Shown here: positions 39,618 to 48,182 of the stretch, piece by piece
How the letters are laid out: the number at the start of each line of letters is the position of its first letter
How positions within the stretch are numbered: position 1 is the first letter of the stretch
IMG/VR virus record: IMGVR_UViG_3300007535_000176
Location: 1-61,660 of that record
Source: a virus
Lineage: Duplodnaviria; Caudoviricetes
Direction: 5' to 3' (one strand)
Length of the DNA: 61,660 bases
Notes under the pieces: generated by a model
Seen by the model: only the letters and a program-made list of their open reading frames with translations
Told to the model about the DNA's origin: nothing
Database searches by the model: none
Position numbers and translations under genes: made by a program

Positions 39618-39908
39618 TTAATCTTGACCAAGCTTGAATTGTGTAAGATGTTGTTCAGCCATGTCTCGATCTGATTCTAGTTCAAACAAAATTTCCATGG
39701 TGTTATCAAAAGAAGAATCAGGTTGAAGACCTCGAACAAAATATAGACCTGTGGTATTGAAAAGACCCAGTTCTTTCATGGTTGGCATTTGTTCGCTATC
39801 TTCGCGATGAACTACCAACCTAGTAGCCATCAATTTTTCTATGGTAGACGTCCCTCGGAGGAGTTCTAAATCTTCCTCCGAGAGGTTTTTGTGTTTGAAC
39901 CACTTCAA
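39618..39908 (-). CDS. Hypothetical protein (C-terminal FKL motif family)
   Basis: ends ILFELESDRDMAEQHLTQFKLGQD. Confidence 0.65.
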   Translation of the reverse strand: MKWFKHKNLSEEDLELLRGTSTIEKLMATRLVVHREDSEQMPTMKELGLFNTTGLYFVRGLQPDSSFDNTMEILFELESDRDMAEQHLTQFKLGQD

Positions 39909-39911
39909 TGA

Positions 39912-41261
39912 TTATTGACCTTGGTAGTAGACAGTCTGTCCAAACGGCGCCTCAGGCTTGCCGTATGCGGTGTTGATAAGGAACACCGTGTCACAGTAAT
40001 CGGGATCACCCCACGAGTTCCAAGGCTGGCCATCCGTAAACATGATAAACTGATCGGGCTCGATTTCGTTATCTTTCATGTAGGTCCAGTTGACGTCAAA
40101 GTCAGTGCCACCACCACCCTTGATGTCATACTCGCGGATGTCACGTCCGTCATCATGTGTGAACTCATCATAGCCGTAAACATTAGTATCAAACTGCCAA
40201 ATACGGATACGGTAGTCTTCATACTGTTCCATGATGCCAGCAATCTCGCTGACGAACTCAGTGAGCATGGTTTGGCTGATGGAGCCTGACGTGTCGATGG
40301 CTAGCGCGACATCGATCATCATATCTCGATCCATACCCGGAAGCACCGCGCCCATATGCCAACCTTTGCGGTTAGGGCGAAGGAAGGTAAAGTTCGACTT
40401 GAGCGAGCTTTCAACCTGAGCGCGGATGATTTCACGCCAGTCCATTTGAGGTTCAAGGAGGTCCTTGATCATGCGCTTCATGTCACCCGGCACGTTACCG
40501 GCCCCGGCACTCTGCGCAGCCTGGATCATGGCATCCTTCATCTCGTTGCCCAGCTGCTTCTTTTCTTCTTCACTGAGAGGATTGGGGCGTCCAGCAAGAC
40601 CATCACCATCACCGTCATCACCGCCGGCACCGCTAGAACCTTGTCCAGGTACTTCGACACCGTCACCTTCTTCTCCGCCTCCACCGCTACCGTCCATGTC
40701 AATATGAACGTCGACCAGGTCACCATCTTCTTCGGGCTTGCCGCCATTCTGTTGTTGCTCGAGCAGGTCATCATAAACCTCTTCAGTGCTCCAGCCGGCA
40801 TATTTCTGATCAAGGAACGGCTTGACGTAGGTAATCACACGAGCATAGTCGCCCTTTTGGACAACGTCAGTTTCAAGAGTGTTGTTGATTATGTAGTCGC
40901 CAGCGATGTTCCAGAGCTTGGGATCACGTCCTTCGCGACGCATAAAGTGTTCGTAGATGCAGTGTCCAAGTTCGTGCGCAACAAGAAACACGTTCTCCTT
41001 GTCATCGAGCTCGAGAATGAATGCAGGGTTGTAATAGAACTTCTTGCCGTCAGTCGCTGCGGTCGGGCACCATTGGCGGCTTGCAGGCGTGAGGGTAAGG
41101 CGAAGGGCGAGCTGACCGAAAAACGGATGCTTAAAGAGCAAACTCATGCGAGCTTTGATGAGTGTCTCGCGAGCCTGTTCCATGACCTGTTCAGTAATCT
41201 CCATGGTCATGTATGGCTTTTCTTTGTGCTTTGACAGGTCTTCGTTGGATTTCTGGGTCAT
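39912..41261 (-). CDS. Putative metallopeptidase-VWA domain protein (DUF2201-like), MoxR partner
   Basis: TAATDG, AHELGH (HExxH), WNIAGDY, acidic Gly-rich linker, DTSGS MIDAS, GGGGTDF, FTDG. Confidence 0.88.
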   Translation of the reverse strand: MTQKSNEDLSKHKEKPYMTMEITEQVMEQARETLIKARMSLLFKHPFFGQLALRLTLTPASRQWCPTAATDGKKFYYNPAFILELDDKENVFLVAHELGHCIYEHFMRREGRDPKLWNIAGDYIINNTLETDVVQKGDYARVITYVKPFLDQKYAGWSTEEVYDDLLEQQQNGGKPEEDGDLVDVHIDMDGSGGGGEEGDGVEVPGQGSSGAGGDDGDGDGLAGRPNPLSEEEKKQLGNEMKDAMIQAAQSAGAGNVPGDMKRMIKDLLEPQMDWREIIRAQVESSLKSNFTFLRPNRKGWHMGAVLPGMDRDMMIDVALAIDTSGSISQTMLTEFVSEIAGIMEQYEDYRIRIWQFDTNVYGYDEFTHDDGRDIREYDIKGGGGTDFDVNWTYMKDNEIEPDQFIMFTDGQPWNSWGDPDYCDTVFLINTAYGKPEAPFGQTVYYQGQ

Positions 41262-41286
41262 ATCGGGCCTCTGTTGTTACTCTACC

Positions 41287-41315
41287 ATGATATGGTATAG
41301 TGTATTGGTTGTCAA
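41287..41315 (-). promoter_or_regulatory. sigma70-type promoter TTGACA-N17-TATCAT
   Basis: Read on the - strand just upstream of the VWA gene. Confidence 0.72.
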
Positions 41316-41614
41316 GCCATACCTTGGTGAAGTTTGAAGAAAACTTCGTGTTCCTCTTTGTAGAACACCACGTAAAATTTTTCTTGGACGTCGCCGCCGC
41401 TACCATCACCTCCAGTATCAGCATAGAACTGGTAGAATAAAGGATCAACACTGTTTTCTTCAAGAAATTTGATAGTCTGGTTAAAGCTACTCACCTGAAT
41501 TTTGCCTTTACGATCCCGCCAAGTAGCTCTCCAGCGTGATACAGCACTAGCACTCGGCGAATCCGTGCCAAAAATTTCTATCAATGCTTTAGGACTGAAT
41601 TTATTTGTTACCAT
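41312..41614 (-). CDS. Hypothetical protein (FKL motif family)
   Basis: ends VVFYKEEHEVFFKLHQGMA; N-terminal EIFGT..P shared with the neighbour. Confidence 0.7.
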   Translation of the reverse strand: MVTNKFSPKALIEIFGTDSPSASAVSRWRATWRDRKGKIQVSSFNQTIKFLEENSVDPLFYQFYADTGGDGSGGDVQEKFYVVFYKEEHEVFFKLHQGMA

Positions 41615-42039
41615 GCCATTTTAAACATTACGTGATGTTCCTCGTAAAAAAAGGAGACTGTGGGATATAATACTACAACATCAAACTCTTCATGGTCAAA
41701 AAGACCTTGTGTTTCTTTGCGAGTTTCCCTGTGTTTCCAAAACTCCCAGAAATATGGGTGTATTCCCAGACTCGAAGCCAGTTGAAAGATATCTTCTTTG
41801 ACGCCGGGTGTCATGAGCATCTCATTTACGCCACGGTCTGTCACAACAAACTGATAAGGAGTTGTCTCAATCCAGCCCATTTTCCATGTCGCCACTTCTT
41901 TTGGAGTGGGCATTTGAGTGCCAAAAATCTCACCGAACTCATCTCCACATCCTGGATACAGTTTTTCCCAGGCTTGTAGTCTAACATCGTTGAGAGGGCT
42001 GTTTTTCACTATGTAATCGTAATATTCTTGGATTTTCAT
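41608..42039 (-). CDS. Hypothetical protein (FKL motif family)
   Basis: EIFGTQMP...W; ends VSFFYEEHHVMFKMAW. Confidence 0.7.
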   Translation of the reverse strand: MKIQEYYDYIVKNSPLNDVRLQAWEKLYPGCGDEFGEIFGTQMPTPKEVATWKMGWIETTPYQFVVTDRGVNEMLMTPGVKEDIFQLASSLGIHPYFWEFWKHRETRKETQGLFDHEEFDVVVLYPTVSFFYEEHHVMFKMAW

Positions 42040-42048
42040 AAATCATCT

Positions 42049-42075
42049 AAAAAAGCGGAGCCATAAGGCTCCGCT
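42049..42075 (-). terminator. Rho-independent terminator after the AAA ATPase
   Basis: AGCGGAGCC-ttat-GGCTCCGCT stem followed by a T run on the - strand. Confidence 0.85.
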
Positions 42076-42098
42076 AAGTTGGTAAGCGTTTTGTTCGC

Positions 42099-43208
42099 TT
42101 ACGCGGCACGGACCAGGTTGCCGTAACGCTCGTAGAACCGCTTCCAGTTCGAGATCTTCTTCATATCGATCTTGATGCCATACTTGATGACCATGCGGAA
42201 CGACATGACAATCATCTCGGGCTCGAAGTGGTCCATCCAGAACCCGATAGTGTTGTCGATATATTTGGTGAACTGATCAGCATCAATGCTGCGCCCAACC
42301 TCTTCGTTCTGGGCCTTAAGCTCATATGACAGGCTGGTTGCCAGCGAATAGAGTGCGCTGATCTCCTTGGTCTTGAGCTCCTTGACCTGGCCCTTAAGAA
42401 TCAGGGTCGGGTCAGGCAGCAGTGCTGAGGTCTGACGGTGAGCAGCGAAGCTGAGTGCCGTGCCCTGGCCAATGGTGCCAATCACCATGTCAGTGATCTC
42501 GCCATCAGTGAAGTCGTCCGAGTCCTTGAGGATGTCGGAAACAAATGCCCAGGAACGCGGCGTCGGGAACGCATGGTCCGGGCTCTTGGGATCGAACTTC
42601 CAGAGGTCCGACTTCTTGGCAGTGAGATAACCCACAACGTCTGCCACAACGCCGTTGCTCGTCGCCCACTCAACCCAGTCATCGAAGTGCACTTTGACTT
42701 CAAAGTGGATAAAGCGGTTGCTGAGCGGCTTGGGCATACGGTAGGTAACGCCCTTGTCGGTCTCGCGGTTACCAGCAGCAACCACAGCAACGTTGTCAGG
42801 AAGGACATACTCACCAACACGGCGGTTGAGAATCAGCTGGTAGGCAGCAGCCTGGACAGCCGGCGCAGCACCGTTCATTTCGTCGAGGAAAAGAACAACA
42901 AGGTCACGCTCGCCGTCTTCGGGCTTGGGCAGCAGAGCGGGCGGCGCCCACTTCATGGTTCCAGCAGTAGCATCGTAGTAGGGGATACCCATGATGTCAG
43001 TGGGTTCACACATGCTGAGACGCATGTCGTAAAGCTTGGCGTTCTTGCCGCTGTCACGGGCATCGCTCACGATGCTCTCAACAACGTCGGATTTACCAAC
43101 CCCCGGGGGACCCCAAATAAACACCGGCCGCTGGCGCTTGACCGCGGCGTGCTTGATATACTTCTTGGCCTCGCTGAGGCGGACTTGATGTTGTTCAACA
43201 GTTGCCAT
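42099..43208 (-). CDS. MoxR-like AAA+ ATPase
   Basis: Walker A GPPGVGKS, Walker B VLFLDE, AAGNR, NRF, PTPRSW. Confidence 0.92.
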   Translation of the reverse strand: MATVEQHQVRLSEAKKYIKHAAVKRQRPVFIWGPPGVGKSDVVESIVSDARDSGKNAKLYDMRLSMCEPTDIMGIPYYDATAGTMKWAPPALLPKPEDGERDLVVLFLDEMNGAAPAVQAAAYQLILNRRVGEYVLPDNVAVVAAGNRETDKGVTYRMPKPLSNRFIHFEVKVHFDDWVEWATSNGVVADVVGYLTAKKSDLWKFDPKSPDHAFPTPRSWAFVSDILKDSDDFTDGEITDMVIGTIGQGTALSFAAHRQTSALLPDPTLILKGQVKELKTKEISALYSLATSLSYELKAQNEEVGRSIDADQFTKYIDNTIGFWMDHFEPEMIVMSFRMVIKYGIKIDMKKISNWKRFYERYGNLVRAA

Positions 43209-43246
43209 TTGTAACTCCTGGTCTCTGGCTTAACGTTTGTGCTACC

Positions 43247-43275
43247 ACTCTACATACGGTAGCGGGTGGTGTCAA
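43247..43275 (-). promoter_or_regulatory. sigma70-type promoter TTGACA-N17-TAGAGT
   Basis: Upstream of the AAA ATPase and its AGGAG SD. Confidence 0.65.
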
Positions 43276-43646
43276 CCGCTTTTTTGCATTTGGGCGATTT
43301 TTTCTGTTACTGGAATCAGTTCACCGTCAACAACGATATACCATTCATTGTCACGAAACAGGTAAGCATAATGTCCTGCATTTTGCCGCTTGCCCTTCAT
43401 GAAGGAATCGAAATTGTCGTGTTGCCTGGGTTTGATGATTCCCCAATCTTCACCGGGATAATTTTTGAAGGGATTACCAGGACTGAGGCAATCACCGTCT
43501 TCGACGAGGCCAGCCGCCTCGCGACGTAAAGAAAATTGATTAACAAGATCGAATCCCACACCCTCTACGTAACCGTCAAAATGGTTGTAGATGGCACGAA
43601 TGGTTCCATCTTCAGTCTCAACTCCGATGTATGCGTGTGTGCTCAT
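43272..43646 (-). CDS. Hypothetical phage protein (YxHxDGY family)
   Basis: MSTHAYIG...IYNHFDGY...YAYLF. Confidence 0.75.
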   Translation of the reverse strand: MSTHAYIGVETEDGTIRAIYNHFDGYVEGVGFDLVNQFSLRREAAGLVEDGDCLSPGNPFKNYPGEDWGIIKPRQHDNFDSFMKGKRQNAGHYAYLFRDNEWYIVVDGELIPVTEKIAQMQKSG

Positions 43647-43650
43647 GAGA

Positions 43651-43851
43651 TTATACCTTTGTTTGGCGATCTTTTACCAGTTCAAAGCCACGGGCGCGAC
43701 ATTCTTCGTCGGCAGATCCGAGGTCAGTTGCCTTGAGGGCAACCTTGTTGTTGGGATGAACACCGCACCATCCAGTGTGATGGGCCCGCATGTGGCTCTT
43801 ACAGTAAACGATGGTGTCCTCACCAAAAACTTCTGCGTCGCGTTCAGCCAT
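43651..43851 (-). CDS. Hypothetical protein
   Basis: Start placed at MAERDAE after an AAGGGA SD; C/H motif YCKSH...HHTGWC. Confidence 0.65.
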   Translation of the reverse strand: MAERDAEVFGEDTIVYCKSHMRAHHTGWCGVHPNNKVALKATDLGSADEECRARGFELVKDRQTKV

Positions 43852-43878
43852 TATACAATCTCCCTTGCTTACCCTTAC

Positions 43879-43907
43879 AATATAAGCAAAAAGCATTGGT
43901 AAGTCAA
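43879..43907 (-). promoter_or_regulatory. sigma70-type promoter TTGACT-N17-TATATT
   Basis: Directly downstream of the terminator hairpin. Confidence 0.7.
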
Positions 43908-43937
43908 GAGAAAACCGCGCACAAGGCACGGCTTTCT
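43906..43937 (-). terminator. Rho-independent terminator-like hairpin
   Basis: AGAAAGCCGTGC-cttgt-GCGCGGTTTTCT; pairs with G-U only on the - transcript; T-rich tail. Confidence 0.65.
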
Positions 43938-43956
43938 TTCTTTAGTTTCCAGCGGG

Positions 43957-44133
43957 TTAGTGGAGATCCATATAAATTTCCACTAGATCACGGTCGTTCA
44001 TCGTTACTGCGTGGGGACCGGCGAAGTCTCTATACCAGTCCTTTGCTTTGCGAAGTGTTTCAGGATCTACACGCTTTTGTGACGGAATCAACCCTTTGGC
44101 AAAGGTTTCGAAGGTTTTTTCTGTCGCGCTCAT
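43957..44133 (-). CDS. 58-aa protein MSATEKTFETFAKGLIPSQKRVDPETLRKAKDWYRDFAGPHAVTMNDRDLVEIYMDLH
   Basis: Hand-translated (below the ORF-track cutoff); AAGGAG SD; own promoter and terminator. Confidence 0.8.
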   Translation of the reverse strand: MSATEKTFETFAKGLIPSQKRVDPETLRKAKDWYRDFAGPHAVTMNDRDLVEIYMDLH

Positions 44134-44182
44134 CTTGCTTCTCCTTCAACATACATGATTGTATGTGTTGATATTTAGTCTT

Positions 44183-44211
44183 ACTATACGTGGTCAGCAA
44201 GTGGCGGTCAA
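44183..44211 (-). promoter_or_regulatory. sigma70-type promoter TTGACC-N17-TATAGT, followed by CTAAATA (44172-44178)
   Basis: Read on the - strand upstream of the 58-aa gene. Confidence 0.72.
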
Positions 44212-44579
44212 GGAAAATTTTGTAGCCAAAGCGCCACGCTTCCGGCTAGCTTGCACATTACCATGTGCTCATGGTGAAACAGAACGATTTTGTCGCGGTT
44301 GATATAGAACGGCGCGTTCATGTGTTTGCTGAGAGTAAGTATCTCTCCAGAGTAAAACTCGCGCTCGTGGATAAATTCTTCATGATCAAAGAAGGTTTTG
44401 AGGAGTTGATAACCTGCCGCCCGCAGTCTTAAGCTATCCGCTTGATAGAAATAATCCCCTTGGACGGTCGGTTTACCACCAAAGGCAGCTTTGATCTCTG
44501 GATCATCGCAAGATTCAATTTCGTTTTGGAGCCAGAGGGTAATCTCCTCCGTTAACATCCTCTTCGATTTGTTCTCCAT
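44208..44579 (-). CDS. Hypothetical protein
   Basis: 123 aa; SLRL...PFYI...; C-terminal LFHHEHMVMCKL. Confidence 0.7.
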   Translation of the reverse strand: MENKSKRMLTEEITLWLQNEIESCDDPEIKAAFGGKPTVQGDYFYQADSLRLRAAGYQLLKTFFDHEEFIHEREFYSGEILTLSKHMNAPFYINRDKIVLFHHEHMVMCKLAGSVALWLQNFP

Positions 44580-44841
44580 TAGTAAGCTTTACCACCGTGA
44601 AATCGTCTGTGTTGAACTTCTTATTTAAGCGTTCTGCTAGATTGAAGGCGTGGCCCGGATTACTGAAGCTTGTCTTCTTGTATTTTGCACCTGGGCTGTC
44701 AACAAGACTATTGAAACTTTTGAGATTGATTGGTTGATCTTTTAGGAACACAGCGTAGATAGCCTCAGCATCAAGGACCTGTTCGCTACGAAAATTTCTA
44801 TCTGTGTGCTCTAACAGCACCTTGGGCTTGGGTCGCGCCAT
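44515..44841 (-). CDS. Hypothetical phage protein
   Basis: MARPKPKVLLE...YKKTSFSNPGHAFNLAERLN; GGAG SD; CTAAATA at 44870-44876. Confidence 0.75.
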   Translation of the reverse strand: MARPKPKVLLEHTDRNFRSEQVLDAEAIYAVFLKDQPINLKSFNSLVDSPGAKYKKTSFSNPGHAFNLAERLNKKFNTDDFTVVKLTNGEQIEEDVNGGDYPLAPKRN

Positions 44842-44898
44842 GTTGTTCTCCATTAAGTCTAGCTTTAACTATTTAGCTAGACGATGGAGAAAATTATA

Positions 44899-45138
44899 TC
44901 ATTTCATTCTTACCTTAAAGGTATGACCGCAATTAGGACACTGACATTTAGTTGAGGCATCTTCTTGTAGCTCGTTAACCAGTTTGCGTAGATTTTTAGC
45001 TTCCTTGGCCAACGACTTGAGAGCTACTTTGTTGCGTTCCGCTTTGGGTTTCTTGTATTCTTCTTTGATCTTACTGATCAAACTGTCGAGTCTGTCTTCA
45101 AAGACTCCAAGAAACCCGGTTATTTTTGCTTTACTCAT
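44899..45138 (-). CDS. Hypothetical coiled-coil protein with C-terminal CxCPxC
   Basis: KCQCPNCGHTF. Confidence 0.7.
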   Translation of the reverse strand: MSKAKITGFLGVFEDRLDSLISKIKEEYKKPKAERNKVALKSLAKEAKNLRKLVNELQEDASTKCQCPNCGHTFKVRMK

Positions 45139-45610
45139 AGCTGCGCCTTTTCCTTTGGATAGCTATCTGCATATCTGTTGATGTTTTAAACGGACCTACG
45201 AATTCATATTTACGTAGAGTTGATAGTTTAGGACAATGGCTCTCCATCCAGCCTCCATTGTCAAAGTTGATGCCATAATATCCTGCCGCAAAGTAAATTT
45301 TACTGGTGGGTGTTTTGGTAAAGCACGGTAGATTATCTCGTTCTTGAGTCTTGAATGTTTCGATTTTGGGAACAGGATAACCGTAGACATGCTCTTGATG
45401 CCAGCTGCTGGGTTCAGGTTTGCCTTCAAAGTCAAAAATCTCATCAATGTCTTCGATATCATACGCAAGATTTTCTCGATCGTCATTAAAGTAATGAAAA
45501 TAGGATCCATCATCATGACTGATACGCATGGTGCCAGTCTTGTTGCCGTCTGAATCATACGTGATCCACAGCTTGTCTGTAATTACCTCAACTGCTCGTT
45601 CTTTTTTCAT
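45131..45610 (-). CDS. Hypothetical phage protein
   Basis: LPCFTKT..SK.YFAAGYY...CPKLSTL..Y.FVGPFKT. Confidence 0.72.
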   Translation of the reverse strand: MKKERAVEVITDKLWITYDSDGNKTGTMRISHDDGSYFHYFNDDRENLAYDIEDIDEIFDFEGKPEPSSWHQEHVYGYPVPKIETFKTQERDNLPCFTKTPTSKIYFAAGYYGINFDNGGWMESHCPKLSTLRKYEFVGPFKTSTDMQIAIQRKRRSYE

Positions 45611-45882
45611 TGACACATTAATTTCAACATTGTAAGCGATTCATCACTTGCTCGAATCAGTATTCTGTTTGACATCCATCCGTTTTCGACATATATCTTA
45701 GCTTCGATATCTAGATCATTTTCAAGAAACCAGATATATTGACCAATGATGTCAGGTAAATTTCTATAATCTTCTGATTTGACATACTTGTTTTTTGAAA
45801 ACCACCAAAAGCCAGTTTCGAAAACAAGAAATTCATCACTGTCGATTAGCATAGCTTGCTCCAAGGTATCTGGCATGGTCAT
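45607..45882 (-). CDS. Hypothetical protein (FKL-like C-terminus)
   Basis: ends DESLTMLKLMCQ; start uncertain. Confidence 0.55.
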   Translation of the reverse strand: MTMPDTLEQAMLIDSDEFLVFETGFWWFSKNKYVKSEDYRNLPDIIGQYIWFLENDLDIEAKIYVENGWMSNRILIRASDESLTMLKLMCQ

Positions 45883-46825
45883 CAGCTTGCTGGCCTACAC
45901 GGACAAGATCGTGTTGCCCACAGAACCGCATAAAGTGAAGACCCACTTGCTTTTTATGTTCAGCCTGGACAGCCTCCACAATAGCATTGTCGAGAACATC
46001 TTTAATGTTTTCTGGTTGGGCTGTCAAATCGATTAGTTGCACATTGCGTAGGTAATCGTCATGCACACGATGCTCAGCGCCCTCATGGTCAGTCCATGTC
46101 TGCAACATGAAATTGTTCCAGTTAAAGCCCTTGCCGCCGCGGTCTTCAAAAGCCTCCAACATGCCTATCTTGTTCTTGGTGCCTTTCTTGCGGGCTCCAG
46201 GGTAGGCGGAGAAAATATTGTCGCTTGTATCGCCACGAACACACTTTTCAAAGAGAAGCCATTCAGGGTCACCAATGGACTTGGGTTCACCGCTCTTTTT
46301 ATCAATGACTGGCTTGCCCTTGACGTCAAAAATACCATCCAGGGTGATATGCTGGTTAGCAACACCATTATATTGCGATACATTCTCTGAGATGAGCTGA
46401 TAGAAGTCGCTGTCGCTGGATATGATGACATGTTGGTCATCAGGATGTGTCTGAATCCAGCGAGCAATGAAGTCATCTGCTTCACAGCCTTGGGCCTGTA
46501 GAACGGTGACGTTTGTATGTTCGTGTAAAAATCTCTGGAAGCTATCAAAGGCTTCGTTAAATGCGTCGTTCTCCTCTACCTCTGCTGGAGTGGCAAGCTT
46601 ACCCGCCTCGCGGCGTTGGGCCTTATAGGGCTCATAAAAGTCACGACGCCAACTGCGTCCTTCAAAACACATCACAACATGGGTGCCACCAAAGTCGCGC
46701 CAAGCTTTGTTGATGCTGGAAAAAATAATATGCATGGCCATGCCGATCTTGGTCTCAGTATCACCACGCACCACGTGCTTTGATCTGTGAAACATGTTTG
46801 CTGCATCAACTAGTATGTAGGTCAT
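45836..46825 (-). CDS. 5'-3' exonuclease / T4 RNase H-like flap endonuclease
   Basis: ILVDAAN, SWRR...YKAQR, EADD, SSDSDFYQL, GDTSDNI. Confidence 0.92.
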   Translation of the reverse strand: MTYILVDAANMFHRSKHVVRGDTETKIGMAMHIIFSSINKAWRDFGGTHVVMCFEGRSWRRDFYEPYKAQRREAGKLATPAEVEENDAFNEAFDSFQRFLHEHTNVTVLQAQGCEADDFIARWIQTHPDDQHVIISSDSDFYQLISENVSQYNGVANQHITLDGIFDVKGKPVIDKKSGEPKSIGDPEWLLFEKCVRGDTSDNIFSAYPGARKKGTKNKIGMLEAFEDRGGKGFNWNNFMLQTWTDHEGAEHRVHDDYLRNVQLIDLTAQPENIKDVLDNAIVEAVQAEHKKQVGLHFMRFCGQHDLVRVGQQADDHARYLGASYANRQ

Positions 46826-46959
46826 TCTATTCCTTCCATGAGCTTCTTCATCACTATAAGCTCATCATAACGATTTTGCAAGATATTATTCCATTGACCT
46901 GAGTTTCTCAGCATATTGAGACAGTTCAATTGAACTAAAATTTCTTCTTGTTGCGTCAT
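46822..46959 (-). CDS. 45-aa hypothetical protein
   Basis: Hand-translated MTQQEEILVQLNCL...MEGIE*; ATGA-coupled to the exonuclease. Confidence 0.5.
   Translation of the reverse strand: MTQQEEILVQLNCLNMLRNSGQWNNILQNRYDELIVMKKLMEGIE
46853..46881 (-). promoter_or_regulatory. sigma70-type promoter TTGCAA-N17-TATAGT
   Basis: Upstream of the exonuclease gene. Confidence 0.6.
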
Positions 46960-46966
46960 ATGTTGG

Positions 46967-47257
46967 TTATATCCCATGCGCTAACTTGAACAACATGGCG
47001 TGTTCTTCATCGCGAAAGCATAGTTCATAGTAGAACCTACCGCCTACCCAATCAAAATCATCATGCTTTATCCATCCCTGCTCCTCGCACCAATCTAGAA
47101 CTGAAAACATGATGTCTGCATCTTTTGAATGTGCAGTGTTATACTGAACAAAATAACAGAAGCCCCGGTCTTGAAGATCAGACAGGAGAGTTTCTTCACC
47201 CCAATCTTGGCCCGATGGGGAAGGTTTTAGAGGATATGGCTGAAAGTCAGCTGTCAA
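46967..47257 (-). CDS. Hypothetical protein (FKL motif family)
   Basis: ends LCFRDEEHAMLFKLAHGI. Confidence 0.68.
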   Translation of the reverse strand: MTADFQPYPLKPSPSGQDWGEETLLSDLQDRGFCYFVQYNTAHSKDADIMFSVLDWCEEQGWIKHDDFDWVGGRFYYELCFRDEEHAMLFKLAHGI

Positions 47258-47435
47258 TCTCTAAACCGCTTTCAAGTTTGTCCATGACGAGTAGTTGATC
47301 AAGTTCATCAGTCAACTCGTTGATGCGAGCTACTAAATGAGTCGTATCCTCATGCCTAACGTTGGCCAGAAGACGTTGAACAGTTATTCGATGGATCTCT
47401 TGTTTCAGGGCATATATGTCGTCATGATTTTGCAT
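47247..47435 (-). CDS. Hypothetical 62-aa protein, possibly leaderless
   Basis: TTGACA-N16-CATACT at 47442-47469 ends 6 nt before the ATG; no SD. Confidence 0.6.
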   Translation of the reverse strand: MQNHDDIYALKQEIHRITVQRLLANVRHEDTTHLVARINELTDELDQLLVMDKLESGLEIDS

Positions 47436-47475
47436 ACTGTTAGTATGCGGGATTTTGTCGGTTTGTCAAGATTTT

Positions 47476-47673
47476 TTACTTTATAGCACCTAACATTTCG
47501 TTTGCTAGTAGGAAATCACGGTCTCTGTATACCTCAGCCTCAAGATTGTCCATGTGTTCCATGATCTCGAATGTTGCTACACGACTGTCGAAGTGGTCAA
47601 CGAATACAGGCGTGGTCCAATTGCTATATCGTTGTGTAAATGTGTATTGAATACGCATGATTCTTTCATTCAT
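47476..47673 (-). CDS. Hypothetical protein
   Basis: Tightly packed 65-aa ORF. Confidence 0.55.
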   Translation of the reverse strand: MNERIMRIQYTFTQRYSNWTTPVFVDHFDSRVATFEIMEHMDNLEAEVYRDRDFLLANEMLGAIK

Positions 47674-47856
47674 TTATCGTCCCATATGAATCACATTCTT
47701 GAGACGACGCTTGTCTGATTTAATTTTCGCCTTGGCTGCTCGAATTTCTTCCTTGTTAGCGCCCATTTCTTTTAATTGATAGAGTCGGCGATAATCTCTG
47801 CCAAGTTCTTCGCTATAGCGGTTGTAATCGTCTAAAAAACGATCTGGATTCCCCAT
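47674..47856 (-). CDS. Hypothetical protein
   Basis: 60-aa basic ORF; GGAG SD. Confidence 0.6.
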   Translation of the reverse strand: MGNPDRFLDDYNRYSEELGRDYRRLYQLKEMGANKEEIRAAKAKIKSDKRRLKNVIHMGR

Positions 47857-47861
47857 GGGTG

Positions 47862-48143
47862 TTACTCCGGTTCTTCATTGATCACACCTCTACACAAGTC
47901 GTTAAACCACATGTCAACCACTTCTTCGCTGGTGCGACCACTGTAGCCAGCCTCGGTCAGTTGGTTTACAAAAGCCTCATTCCAATCAAGTTCAAAGAAT
48001 CCTTGGCTAGGGTTTAGTGGATCTGCGAACTGCACATCAACTACCTTAACCCAGGGCTCGTTATCAATATTTGCGAGTGTTTTTTCGCGTAGGTTCTCGT
48101 CTTGGATACCACGAGCTCGCCAACGTTTATACCATTTGAACAT
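47862..48143 (-). CDS. Hypothetical phage protein
   Basis: EPWV...GFFELDWN..FV..L..AGY.G...VD.WF; AGGAG SD before MFKW. Confidence 0.75.
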   Translation of the reverse strand: MFKWYKRWRARGIQDENLREKTLANIDNEPWVKVVDVQFADPLNPSQGFFELDWNEAFVNQLTEAGYSGRTSEEVVDMWFNDLCRGVINEEPE

Positions 48144-48182
48144 AATTTCTCCTAGTTCTAAAATACCGTCTAGTATCACGGA

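Noticed and set aside
40356-43214. Long + strand ORFs (292 aa and 258 aa) opposite the VWA and MoxR genes
   Set aside because: Antisense shadows of GC-rich, codon-biased genes; no motifs, and promoters and terminator point to the - strand
43940-44180. Possible ncRNA between a promoter and a terminator
   Set aside because: The interval is filled by a 58-aa ORF with a strong SD
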